This document shows positions 50,723 through 61,685 of a stretch of 64,000 nucleotides of DNA, piece by piece. The translations under genes were made by a program, and so were the position numbers. The notes under the pieces were generated by a model. The model ran no database searches and was not told the origin of the DNA. It saw only the letters and a program-made list of their open reading frames with translations. This stretch comes from an uncultured cyanobacterium (GTDB lineage: Bacteria > Cyanobacteriota > Cyanobacteriia > Leptolyngbyales > Leptolyngbyaceae): positions 32,001 to 96,000 of the forward strand of contig CAVYAN010000061.1 of the NCBI GenBank assembly GCA_963766075.1. The letters run 5' to 3'. The stretch's first letter is position 1. Each line of letters opens with the position of its first letter.

Positions 50723-52396
50723 ATGCCCATTCCCTCCTCCTTCGATGTCCTGGTCATTGGCGCAGGTGCGGCGGGGCTATACACAGCTCTGTGTTTGCCG
50801 AGCCATTTCCAAGTGGGCTTGGTCACCAAAGACACGCTGAATCTTTCAGCCAGCGACTGGGCTCAGGGGGGGATCGCGGCAGTCGTGGCACCGGATGACT
50901 CGACGAATTTACATATTCAAGACACCTTGCAAGCAGGAGCGGGCCTCTGCGATCCGCCGGCGGTGAAATTTCTAGTCGAGAATGCCGCCCGCTGCATTGC
51001 CGATTTAGTCAATATGGGCGTGGGTTTTGATCGCCATGAGGGAGCCCTGGCCCTTACCCTAGAAGCAGCCCATTCTCGCCGTCGTGTGCTCCATGCGGCG
51101 GACACCACCGGGCGAGCTGTGGTCAGTGCCCTGGCTGAACAGGTGCTGCATCGCCCGAATATTCACGTCATTTCCCAAGCCCTCACCCTCGATCTGTGGC
51201 TGGATACATCTGGCCATTGCCAGGGAGTCAGTGTGAGCTATCAAGGCCATCTGGTTTGGCTGCGGGCCGGAGCAGTGATTTTGGCGACGGGGGGTGGGGG
51301 GCAGGTGTTTGCCCAGACTACGAACCCGAGTCTCAGCACGGGGGATGGTGTCGCGATCGCCCACCGGGCTGGGGCGATCGTCCGAGATCTGGAGTTTGTC
51401 CAGTTTCATCCCACCGCGTTGACCCAGGTGGGAGCGCCCCGCTTTCTGATTAGCGAAGCGGTGCGGGGCGAAGGCGCTCACCTCGTCGATGCCACAGGCA
51501 GACGGTTTGCCTTTGATTACCACCCTGACGGCGAGCTGGCTCCTCGGGATATCGTGAGTCGGTCTATTTTTCGCTATTTGCAATCCATCCATGCTGACCC
51601 AGCTACGGGACATGTCTATTTAGATCTGCGGGCGATCGCCCCAGACCGGATCCGCTATCGCTTTCCCAACATCATCCAGATTTGTCAGCAGTGGGGCATT
51701 GATGTCTTCACGCAGCCAATTCCCGTCGCTCCGGCGGCCCATTATTGGATGGGTGGCATCGCTACGGATCTGCACAACCAGACCTCGATTCCTGGCCTCT
51801 ATGCCGTGGGTGAAACTGCCAGCACTGGCGTCCATGGGGCCAATCGGTTGGCTAGTAATTCTCTGCTGGAATGTATTGTGTTTGGCTCACAGTTTGCCAA
51901 CTTGGTCAAAAACCATCCCGATGGCACCGACCCAGTGCCATTTCCGACTATGCCTTTGGAGGCAATGCCTGCGCCAATATCCACGCAACTCCACATGGCT
52001 GACCTCGCGGAAATTCAGCAGATACGCCACGTCCTGCCGCGCCTCCTCTGGCAAAGTGCCGGAATTTGCCGGGAGGGCGTGGTGATGGCCGAGGCGATCG
52101 CCCAAGTCCACCGCTGGCAAACGCACTTCCAGGCCCTCTCGATCAGCCAGATTCTGGAGAACTTATCCCCTGGAGAAAATATAAAGCTAGGCCTACCCGC
52201 CGCCGATCTGAGGCTTTGGGCCGAAACCCGCAATTTGCTGGCGATCGCCGGACTCATTCTCAAAAGCGCCCAATACCGAACCGAAAGCCGGGGTGGCCAC
52301 TATCGTACCGACTACCCCGCCACCGATCCCGCCTGGGCCGTCCACACGATTGTCGAACGTCACCAGTGGTCCACATTACCCATTCCCCCGGCATAG
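50723..52396 (+). CDS. nadB: L-aspartate oxidase
   Basis: GAGAAG, SDWAQGGIA, EAAHSRRRVLH, QFHPT, ELAPRD, GVHGANRLASNSLLE. Confidence 0.96.
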   Translation: MPIPSSFDVLVIGAGAAGLYTALCLPSHFQVGLVTKDTLNLSASDWAQGGIAAVVAPDDSTNLHIQDTLQAGAGLCDPPAVKFLVENAARCIADLVNMGVGFDRHEGALALTLEAAHSRRRVLHAADTTGRAVVSALAEQVLHRPNIHVISQALTLDLWLDTSGHCQGVSVSYQGHLVWLRAGAVILATGGGGQVFAQTTNPSLSTGDGVAIAHRAGAIVRDLEFVQFHPTALTQVGAPRFLISEAVRGEGAHLVDATGRRFAFDYHPDGELAPRDIVSRSIFRYLQSIHADPATGHVYLDLRAIAPDRIRYRFPNIIQICQQWGIDVFTQPIPVAPAAHYWMGGIATDLHNQTSIPGLYAVGETASTGVHGANRLASNSLLECIVFGSQFANLVKNHPDGTDPVPFPTMPLEAMPAPISTQLHMADLAEIQQIRHVLPRLLWQSAGICREGVVMAEAIAQVHRWQTHFQALSISQILENLSPGENIKLGLPAADLRLWAETRNLLAIAGLILKSAQYRTESRGGHYRTDYPATDPAWAVHTIVERHQWSTLPIPPA

Positions 52397-52528
52397 CGCC
52401 CGCTAGGGATGGGCCTACCCCCGATGGTGAAAACAAAATTGCGGATCAACCAAAAGGGAGTGGAATGGTCGCCAAAACACAGCCGATTCCACTCCTGAGG
52501 GTCTTGATTGATGCCCTAATGCCGCGTT

Positions 52529-53527
<999 letters not shown>

Positions 53528-53679
53528 TCAATAGCTAATATTAATCCTGAAGGAAATATTAATCCGAATTGAAGGATCCGTCTAAACGCGTCTAAATACC
53601 AGGATGAAGATTCGGAAAGGCGACTTTTGAGGCTTTCCGAATGGGCTTATCCCTGAGCGATCATCCTGGTACAACGCCT

Positions 53680-54756
53680 CTAGGCCATGGGTCCAACAGC
53701 TTGCCGAATGGTAGCGATGTCTGTCACGGGTTGGACAACATGGCCATTGAGAGGCACTAGACCTTGGCCCTTGAGGTCTGCTTCTACCATCAGGTGCACC
53801 AATTCTTTGAAGGATACCGAAGGCTCCCAGCCCAATTTCTGACGGGCTTTGGTCGGGTCGCCAATCAGCAATTCTACTTCCGCCGGACGCAGATACCGCT
53901 CGTCAAACTCAACGTAATTTTCCCAATTCAGGTTGACATAGCCAAAGGCTACATCTAGGAACTCCCGGATGGAATAGGTTTCGCCCGTGGCCACGACATA
54001 GTCATCGGGTTGATCCTGTTGCAGCATGAGCCACATCGCCCGCACATAGTCCTTGGCATAGCCCCAATCCCGTTTGGAATCCAGGTTTCCCATATAGAGC
54101 TTTTTCTGCTGTCCAGCCACAATCCGGGCCAGGGCGCGGGTGACTTTACGGGTGACAAAGGTTTCGCCACGGCGCGGGGATTCATGGTTAAACAAGATAC
54201 CGTTACAGGCGAACAATCCGTAGGATTCCCGGTAGTTGACGGTTTGCCAGTGGGCGTAGACCTTAGCACAGGCGTAGGGACTCCGAGGGTAAAAGGGTGT
54301 GGTTTCCTTTTGAGGCACTTCCTGGACTAAACCGAACATTTCTGAGGAACCGGCTTGGTAAAACTTCACTTCTGAGCCTGTCCGGCGCTGATATTCGCGA
54401 ATGGCTTCTAGTAAGTGCAAAGTACCCATGCCGACGCAATCTACCGTGTATTCGGGAGAGTCAAAGCTGACGCGCACATGGGATTGAGCGCCTAGGTTAT
54501 AGATTTCGTGAGGTTGTACTTCCTCAATAATCCGGCGTAGATTACCACCATCGGTTAGATCACCATAGTGCAAAAACAGGCGGGCTCCCGCTTCGTGGGG
54601 GTCTTCATACATGTGGTCGATGCGATCGGTGTTAAACGTGGAGGTACGTCGAATGATGCCGTGGACCTCATAACCATTTTCTAGAAGCAGTTCACTGAGA
54701 TAAGACCCATCCTGTCCGGTAATCCCTGTAATCAACGCCCGTTTCTGCTGTGTCAT
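53680..54756 (-). CDS. gmd: GDP-mannose 4,6-dehydratase
   Basis: [45 protein letters not shown]. Confidence 0.97.
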   Translation of the reverse strand: MTQQKRALITGITGQDGSYLSELLLENGYEVHGIIRRTSTFNTDRIDHMYEDPHEAGARLFLHYGDLTDGGNLRRIIEEVQPHEIYNLGAQSHVRVSFDSPEYTVDCVGMGTLHLLEAIREYQRRTGSEVKFYQAGSSEMFGLVQEVPQKETTPFYPRSPYACAKVYAHWQTVNYRESYGLFACNGILFNHESPRRGETFVTRKVTRALARIVAGQQKKLYMGNLDSKRDWGYAKDYVRAMWLMLQQDQPDDYVVATGETYSIREFLDVAFGYVNLNWENYVEFDERYLRPAEVELLIGDPTKARQKLGWEPSVSFKELVHLMVEADLKGQGLVPLNGHVVQPVTDIATIRQAVGPMA

Positions 54757-55064
54757 GCTCAAATTTCCTAACTGTGGTATGTCTAAAAGGGAGCGAATTT
54801 GCCTCATCAACTCAGGCGATCTGCCTAGGCAGAGGGGGCCATGCCGCTAGCGACAAATGCTCATGGAAAGCACGCCCGTTAATTTGAGCCTATCGCAATT
54901 GTCCCTATAGTCTTAGCTTGAAATTACAGGAATAATCTATGGATTCCTACCTTATCCCTGTAAAGATTGGGTCAAGATTAGGTGAAAATATGGAGGGCAC
55001 TTTTGGGATCACCCTTCCCGGTACAATAAATAAACCAAATAATTCGTTAACTATCAACAATCGC

Positions 55065-55604
55065 ATGGATATCTTGGAGTTTTTTCAACTGAACAGTGGC
55101 AAATGGTTCTCGCAGCGTACTAGTCACCATCTGGCATTGAATAAGTCGGAAAGCGGCAAGTCCGATATCCAAATTGATCTCCTGGCAGCCACAGATGACG
55201 GAGTGATACAACTTTGTCATCTGCATGATATTGATCCGGCTTTGGCTGTGCTCGGGATGAAAACCACCTGGACCGGAATGATGGATCAGGATACCAAGAA
55301 GACGACGGGATCGAGTCTATTGGTACTGATCCCCACTGCTACTACTCCCCATGCAGGTCAGTTACTCCAGAGTCAAACGGTGATCGGTAAGCCACCCACG
55401 GGGACGATCGCCCATTACAGCTTAGGCAGTGATCAGGTACTGACGGTGATGACCCAATCGGACACGTTATATTCTGATGAGCGTATTTGGTTCGCTGGAT
55501 CTAATTTGCGCCTGCGTAGTAGCAAAGTGAAGCGATCGGGAGGCTTTGAAATCGCATCCTTTTGCTCAGAAATCCGCATGGGCGGTATGCCTACGACACC
55601 CTAA
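55065..55604 (+). CDS. cpcS: S-type phycobiliprotein lyase (CpcS-like)
   Basis: MDILEFF...GKWFSQRTSHHL..SESGKSDI; ERIWF..NLRLR; ASFCSEIRMG. Confidence 0.8.
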   Translation: MDILEFFQLNSGKWFSQRTSHHLALNKSESGKSDIQIDLLAATDDGVIQLCHLHDIDPALAVLGMKTTWTGMMDQDTKKTTGSSLLVLIPTATTPHAGQLLQSQTVIGKPPTGTIAHYSLGSDQVLTVMTQSDTLYSDERIWFAGSNLRLRSSKVKRSGGFEIASFCSEIRMGGMPTTP

Positions 55605-55640
55605 GAATTTCTTCAAATAATTTTCTCGCGGGTTGGGACC

Positions 55641-57131
55641 CTACTCCGCCCGCTCAGAATCATCTGGTGGAGCCGGAGAGACGGTATCGTCTGGAGCTGC
55701 TGTTGCCCCATCGGGAAGGGCGACGGATTTCAGCTTGGCGTAGAAGTCTGATGCATTTGCCCTGGGTGTAAATTGGTGGATCAGGCTTTGTCCGGTCTTG
55801 TCGCTCGGGTAGTCTGCGCTGCTGGAATGGTCTGTGTGGCTGGAATAACCTGTTGAGGTCGTGACGAATCGGGCGACGGGTGAGGATGCCGACGATGATG
55901 GATGCGGCAATTGCTCCGGTGGTCTTGCGTCTATTGGCGCGCCGATGACCGCGCCACCAGTGGTCATCGGCGGTGGAGTCACCAGTGGAGAAGTCATTGG
56001 CGGCGCGTTGGAGTTAAGCTCTTCTGCGAGTATTTTGGATCCCAACGCCTCTGCTCCCGATAATTCGGGTCCTGATGCCTCGGACAATTGGGGTGTTGAC
56101 CCATTTTCTTGGGGGCTGGTCACTAACGGGTGCTCAGTCTTTGGCCGTTCTGCCTCTGCTTCCGGCGTTGCCATTAAAGGCTGAGTCAATGCCGGAGTGA
56201 TTTCCGGTTCTGCTGCTTCCATGCTGGACTCTGTCATCGTTGCCCTGGATGCAGCGACATCCAGGGTTTGTGTCTCTGGGGTCTGTGTCTCTGGGGTTTG
56301 TGCCTCTGGCAGTGCAGGCAGTTCTTGCTTGGGACCATTCTGTTTGGATAGCAGGCCCCGCATGGTTTCTAAAAATTGCCGCCGCCCTTCTTCGGTGCGT
56401 AGGTTGTAGGAACCCACTTGGGATGAGGGGATGGACTGAGTTGTAGGGCGCACGGGTAAGGGGACTAGATTGTCCACAGCCAGGGGCTGCTGCATGGGCG
56501 ATTGCTTTGGGGAGGGCGTTAGAGGCTCTAGGTAGGGCAATTTCAGTGCACTGGGCAGAGGGTGAGGGGACGTTTTGGCGATGGCTGACGTGTTGTGTTC
56601 GGGGTCCGTGCCCTGCTCAACGGTTCGGTCTGGGGCGGCGGGGGCATCTGAGTCTTTTAGAGAAGCATCTGGCGTCCGATCAGACGTTGGGGCGGCGGCT
56701 CCCAAGGGCACTAGGCTTTGACTAGAGAAGGGTCGGGGAGTGGCTCTGGGGGGCCGCCCGCCTAATCCACTGCTTAACCCACGCCCTAGACTTAGACCAC
56801 TGCCCAGTGTGCTGAAGCGAGAGGGCATGGCCCGAGGCAATTTGCTGCAAACCATGCGATCGAAATCAAGGTTAAAGTGCGGCACGGGCTCTCCACGCCG
56901 TCGCCAAAAGGATAAAATCTGTTCAACCGAAACGGATTTATAACGGCCTTGATAGAGGGCCTCGACCACGGCCAACCGCACCCACTCTGTTGGATACAGG
57001 GTTAGCCAGCGAGACAACAGTTGATCCGGCATGTAGCCGCCTACTTCAAAGCTGTAGAGCCGCAGTAAATTTTCTGCACAGATAGCCGCATCCTGCTGGA
57101 GATTCCCTAATTCATTGTTTCGCTCTGTCAT
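55641..57131 (-). CDS. Conserved cyanobacterial hypothetical protein with a long disordered middle
   Basis: N-terminal WVRLAVVEALYQGRYKSVSVEQILSFW, C-terminal IHQFTP..FYAKLKSVA, Pro/Ser/Thr-rich linker. Confidence 0.75.
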   Translation of the reverse strand: MTERNNELGNLQQDAAICAENLLRLYSFEVGGYMPDQLLSRWLTLYPTEWVRLAVVEALYQGRYKSVSVEQILSFWRRRGEPVPHFNLDFDRMVCSKLPRAMPSRFSTLGSGLSLGRGLSSGLGGRPPRATPRPFSSQSLVPLGAAAPTSDRTPDASLKDSDAPAAPDRTVEQGTDPEHNTSAIAKTSPHPLPSALKLPYLEPLTPSPKQSPMQQPLAVDNLVPLPVRPTTQSIPSSQVGSYNLRTEEGRRQFLETMRGLLSKQNGPKQELPALPEAQTPETQTPETQTLDVAASRATMTESSMEAAEPEITPALTQPLMATPEAEAERPKTEHPLVTSPQENGSTPQLSEASGPELSGAEALGSKILAEELNSNAPPMTSPLVTPPPMTTGGAVIGAPIDARPPEQLPHPSSSASSPVARFVTTSTGYSSHTDHSSSADYPSDKTGQSLIHQFTPRANASDFYAKLKSVALPDGATAAPDDTVSPAPPDDSERAE

Positions 57132-57315
57132 ACGCCCTCGCTGCGGCAGGAAATTCCGTAATCCTGAACTCCATCCATGATTACTAATATGACTTGCCAG
57201 TCTTAATGCTGCTATTACTGATAGCTTTCATGCTACACAGGGAATCGGGATTGTCCACTTTTTTCTGAAGAAGAATCCGATTCAGGACCTGTAGCTGCTT
57301 GATGCAGTCGCCGCT

Positions 57316-59556
57316 TTATTCAGTACCTCGGCGAATTCCCCCTTCTACAGCGGTAATGCCCGACCCGGCAAAGGGTTCTGTTCCCCCGTCCCAGTTAAAA
57401 TCACTAATGCGCAACCCAATCGAACCGATTGACAGCACTGGATTGTAGCGCAGGGTAATGCCATAGGCCCGACGACTGTATTCCAAAATGTAATCTGTAC
57501 TAATGGCTTCGTTCGTATCCAGGTTATAGGAGGATTGAAACCCTACCCGCAGTGGACCATAAATCTGTTGGGTCAGCCCAATGCCCAGGGTGCGGTTATC
57601 GGCAGTGCGATCGAAGAAAAAGGGCGACTCTCCAGCACCCACCACTTGGCTATAGGTGAGGCTGAAGGCGGTGTAGTCTAGAACCGATCGCGAAAAATGA
57701 CCGAACTGGCCGTACAGCCCCACACTGGCCGTCAAATTATTTTGCGTATCGCCGTTACTGTAGGAACTCAACACCCCTTCCAGGCGCGTGCCGATGGAAA
57801 GATAGGGTTGGACAGGCTGGGGAGTATAGCGCAGTCCCTCTGTGGGGGTCGGGGGTAGCGCGCTGCCTTGCCACAGCAGAAATCCTCGGCTCAGGGCGGC
57901 ACTGGCTTGTAAACGGCTGAGATTGGTGCGGTTGTTGGTGCGGTTGCTGGACAGGAGATCCGTGCGATCGCTGTCGGCGGTGATGTTTTGGAAGGCGGCT
58001 TGGTAGCTGAGGTTAATGCCCGTGTTGCCAAGGGTAATTACAGGAGAGGTGAGAACCGCCCCGAGGCTGCTTTGGACGGTTTGGAAGCCAAGGGATCCGT
58101 TGAACAGGCGATCGCGGTAGCTGTACTCTAGGCCCAGGGAATGCGTCCCCACTAGCTGCTGAGCACGCAAACTAGCCCGCAGGTTATCCTCGACGCGGTC
58201 AAAGTCCAGGCTCGTCATCACCAGCTTGCCCGCCAGACGGGTACGGTCCCCCAAGTTAGCCTGTAACTCCGACCGAAATCCAAAATTTCCCAGGCTCACA
58301 GGGTTGGTACTATCCGTTATCGCCCGCTGCAAAAAATATTGCGGTGTAATTGACAGGCGCACGCGATCCGTAGCGATCGGTTCAAAGGTCCGCTGCAGGA
58401 AAAATCCGCCTCGCTCTTCTCCATCAAACCCAAAACTCACGAGGGGGGGTTGCCGCTGCTCGCGATCCAGAACGACGCGAGAAATTAAGGGGATAGATAC
58501 CCGCTGATCAAACACTAGGCGTGGGCGGGTGGCCACAATTTCATCCCGAAGTGGCGATATGCGGGTTAACCGAGCGCGCTCGGCCTTGAGCACCAGTTCC
58601 GGCGGGGAGAATGGATCATTGGTGATTTTGATGTTTTCTGCGACCCAGCCGTCCGGTGTAAAGTCCAATTTATCGGCTTCAAATCGCAATCGCCTGACCT
58701 GCCCCCCCTGGGGTGGGGCTCCGGGCAGGCGCGATGCATCCCGGCCCACACCAGCCGCCACGAAAATACCGCCTGTACTGCTGCCCACTCGGGTGGGCTG
58801 ATTTGCCGTGATGCGATCGCTAGCGGGAGGCGTTAATACTGTACCCAGTGGCCCGGTGGGAAAGCTCAAATCACGGCCCGCTGTGGGCGTAAAAATCTCG
58901 CCGCTGGCCTGTTGGACCGTGCCGTCCCCTTGGACAAAGTTGTACTCTAAACGCTGTCCGCGCAATACCTGATCGCCCCGAGTTAGGGCCGCATTGCCCT
59001 CGGCAACGGCAAACCGATTCAGGAGGTTGACCTGCAAACGATCGGCATCCAGCAACGATTCCCGAAACCGCATCTTTACGGCTCCTGTTGCCGTAAAGAT
59101 GCGACGCTGCTCATCATACTCTTGGCGATCCGCCATCAGTTCCAGCACGCTAAAGGTGCCCGATGGGGATGTGCTCGATGGGGATGTAACAGGCGCAGCT
59201 CCTGGGGTGCCAGCGGGCGGAACTGGCGTGGTTTCTGTTCCCGGAATGGCCTGTCCCACCCGCAGCGATGCAGTCGACCCCCGCCCCGGTAACGCGATCG
59301 GCGCGGGCGAAAACATTATGGGCGAGAGCCTTTCTGCCGGGTCAGGCTGCGCTAAAGCGGCTGCTCCCAAGCGCTTGGCAGGGTCTGCAACAGTCCCCGT
59401 AGTCCCTACAGCGGATGGCAGGCATTGCCCATTTTTAACAGATCCGCTTTTAATAGGCCCGCTTTCAGCAAGTCCACTGGCAGTAAGCCCACCTTGAAGA
59501 CAAAGGGGAGATACCATCGCAGCAGGCGGCAAAGCAGGAGGAGCCGAATAGGGCAT
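57316..59556 (-). CDS. DUF3769 / LptD-like outer-membrane protein
   Basis: ELMADRQEYD OstA-like segment, ITNDPFSPPEL, EYSYRDRLFNGSLGFQTVQSSLG, LRISDFNW. Confidence 0.88.
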   Translation of the reverse strand: MPYSAPPALPPAAMVSPLCLQGGLTASGLAESGPIKSGSVKNGQCLPSAVGTTGTVADPAKRLGAAALAQPDPAERLSPIMFSPAPIALPGRGSTASLRVGQAIPGTETTPVPPAGTPGAAPVTSPSSTSPSGTFSVLELMADRQEYDEQRRIFTATGAVKMRFRESLLDADRLQVNLLNRFAVAEGNAALTRGDQVLRGQRLEYNFVQGDGTVQQASGEIFTPTAGRDLSFPTGPLGTVLTPPASDRITANQPTRVGSSTGGIFVAAGVGRDASRLPGAPPQGGQVRRLRFEADKLDFTPDGWVAENIKITNDPFSPPELVLKAERARLTRISPLRDEIVATRPRLVFDQRVSIPLISRVVLDREQRQPPLVSFGFDGEERGGFFLQRTFEPIATDRVRLSITPQYFLQRAITDSTNPVSLGNFGFRSELQANLGDRTRLAGKLVMTSLDFDRVEDNLRASLRAQQLVGTHSLGLEYSYRDRLFNGSLGFQTVQSSLGAVLTSPVITLGNTGINLSYQAAFQNITADSDRTDLLSSNRTNNRTNLSRLQASAALSRGFLLWQGSALPPTPTEGLRYTPQPVQPYLSIGTRLEGVLSSYSNGDTQNNLTASVGLYGQFGHFSRSVLDYTAFSLTYSQVVGAGESPFFFDRTADNRTLGIGLTQQIYGPLRVGFQSSYNLDTNEAISTDYILEYSRRAYGITLRYNPVLSIGSIGLRISDFNWDGGTEPFAGSGITAVEGGIRRGTE

Positions 59557-59655
59557 AGGGCGTAAACAAACCGAGTGCATCTCAGAAAAAACAAATCCAG
59601 GGGCAGTTCAGCGAGCCACCCCTGGACCCAACTTGTACGGCGCTGCCGTTGAAAA

Positions 59656-59772
59656 CTATTCCAGGTCTTTGCGCCCGGGGTTACGAGCCGGGTCACCGGA
59701 TAAAAAGCCGAAAATAAACAGCGAGGCAAAAAATGTCACCACGATATAAACCACGATTTTGAGGGTCAGCAT
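59656..59772 (-). CDS. psbI: Photosystem II reaction centre protein I (not in the ORF track)
   Basis: Hand translation: [38 protein letters not shown], 38 aa; GGAG RBS. Confidence 0.97.
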   Translation of the reverse strand: MLTLKIVVYIVVTFFASLFIFGFLSGDPARNPGRKDLE

Positions 59773-60339
59773 AATTTAAGGACTCCAGAGGATATCAAAC
59801 TCCAGCGGATTGACGGTTTGCCAAACGCGCCGCGATCGCTTTTCTCAATAATACAGAAATGCTGGTCTCTTTTTGAGCCTGGAGCGCCGACTTCTCTAAG
59901 GATCCTCCTGGCTGATGCCCCATTCGTAGCCGCACCCTTAAGATTCTTGATCTTAGATTCCTGATTACGCGGACGCGAGTTTCCACAAAACGTTCCCTGC
60001 GCTATTCGTGCCCCCACGAGGGCATCTGGGCCGAGAAGCGCCCCGCTAAGCCTGCAATGGGTCTAAAACGCCAGACGGCTAAAACGCCAGACGGCCGACT
60101 CACCCGACGTGCAGATTTCCCCTGTTTGGAGATTTTTCTCTCTGTGCCATGCCAACCCTCCCAGGGAAAACTATATACATCGGTAAAGATTCAGTGAATC
60201 TCCCGGGCTTTCCTAGGGCAATACTAGCAATTTTACTGATGCTGATTACAGCAGGGCGGAATCCAGTCTATGTTGCCAACATTCGGGAATAGGCAGAGGC
60301 TCATTTCTGTTCCTGACTTTTTCAGTTTGTTCAGAACTT

Positions 60340-61593
60340 ATGCCGTATCCCATGTTTGATCGCTTCGCTACCCTGGCCCCCGTTCCTATTTCTCCAGTGG
60401 AAAATTCGGCCTATCGCTTTGGATTTATCCTGAGCGCGGTCATGGGCAACCAGACTCGCTATATCAACTTCCGGAAATATGCGGAGCGCGATCCCGAGGT
60501 GGATCTCGTCTGGGCACCCATTACCCACTACATTCCCCCCGGTGAATTCAACCCATTCCGGTGGCTGCCTGGGCCTCTTCAGACCCGTGCCGTGGCCCTT
60601 TATCAGACATGGCCTGTTTTGCGACAAATGGGCCAGTTGGATGGCGTGATGATTCACCTCTTTGAAGCCGTAGTGTTTTCTAGCCTGCGCACCCTGATTT
60701 GTCAGCGACCCATTATTGTCAACAATCACGACGATCCGCCCATTGTCAATCCCGCTACCTATCCCCTCTATGCCCGCCATCTGCAAAAAAGCCCCTGGCG
60801 GCAGCAGTTGCGTTTAGGCATTGATCGCTGGTGTGCCCACCACACGGATTTATTGATCCCCTGGTCTAACTGGGCTGCGGATATTTATACCCAGGGCTGT
60901 GGGGTGCCTGAGGCTCGGGTTCATCCGATTCATGTTGGTGTTGATTTGGAATTGTGGCAGCCTGTGACCAAGTCCTTTGACTCCTCGAAAAAGCCCAAGC
61001 TGCTCTTTGTGGGGGGCGAGTTTGAGCGCAAAGGTGGAGCCATCCTCCTGGATGTATTTCAGCAGCGGTTTGGCGATCGCGCGGAACTCCATCTTGTGAC
61101 CAAATCTGCCCCTTCCGATCTCCCCGCCAATGTGATCGTGCATGCAGATTTCTCTCCCAACGACCCGCGCCTCACCGCCCTCTACGCGGCGGCGGATATT
61201 TTTGTGCTACCCACCCGCGCGGATCTGTCATCCTTTGCTTCCCTGGAGGCCATGGCCTCTTCCTGCCCCGTTATCGCTACCCCCGTTGGCGGCATTCCTG
61301 ACCTTGTCCGCCACGGTGAAACCGGCCTCTTAGTGCCTCCCAATGATGCCACGGCCTTGGCCCATGCCCTGGAGGCTCTCGTAGACAATCCCAGTCATCG
61401 ACGGCGTCTGGGATTGGCAGGTCGCCAAGTCGTTGAGCAGGACTTCAGTGCTGCCGTGAATACGCCCCGGATTCTCACACTGATGAAACAAGCTGTAGAT
61501 GCACGGCGGTTAGGGCGAACGCGGCATTCCCAGGCAACTTCCGCCTCCTGGACATCAGTTCGGCCCATTGTCGGGCACCCTGCGAGGCGCTAG
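60340..61593 (+). CDS. Glycosyltransferase family 4
   Basis: LFVGGEFERKGG, ADIFVLPT, LEAMASSCPVIATPVGGIPDLV..GETG. Confidence 0.9.
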   Translation: MPYPMFDRFATLAPVPISPVENSAYRFGFILSAVMGNQTRYINFRKYAERDPEVDLVWAPITHYIPPGEFNPFRWLPGPLQTRAVALYQTWPVLRQMGQLDGVMIHLFEAVVFSSLRTLICQRPIIVNNHDDPPIVNPATYPLYARHLQKSPWRQQLRLGIDRWCAHHTDLLIPWSNWAADIYTQGCGVPEARVHPIHVGVDLELWQPVTKSFDSSKKPKLLFVGGEFERKGGAILLDVFQQRFGDRAELHLVTKSAPSDLPANVIVHADFSPNDPRLTALYAAADIFVLPTRADLSSFASLEAMASSCPVIATPVGGIPDLVRHGETGLLVPPNDATALAHALEALVDNPSHRRRLGLAGRQVVEQDFSAAVNTPRILTLMKQAVDARRLGRTRHSQATSASWTSVRPIVGHPARR

Positions 61594-61685
61594 GTGAAGA
61601 GACTGACCTGGAGCGCTGGCGTCTACGCTGCCGTCTTTCGGAACTGAAGTTCACTCAATTTTCCGTTCTTCTTTGCCTGGTGGCT

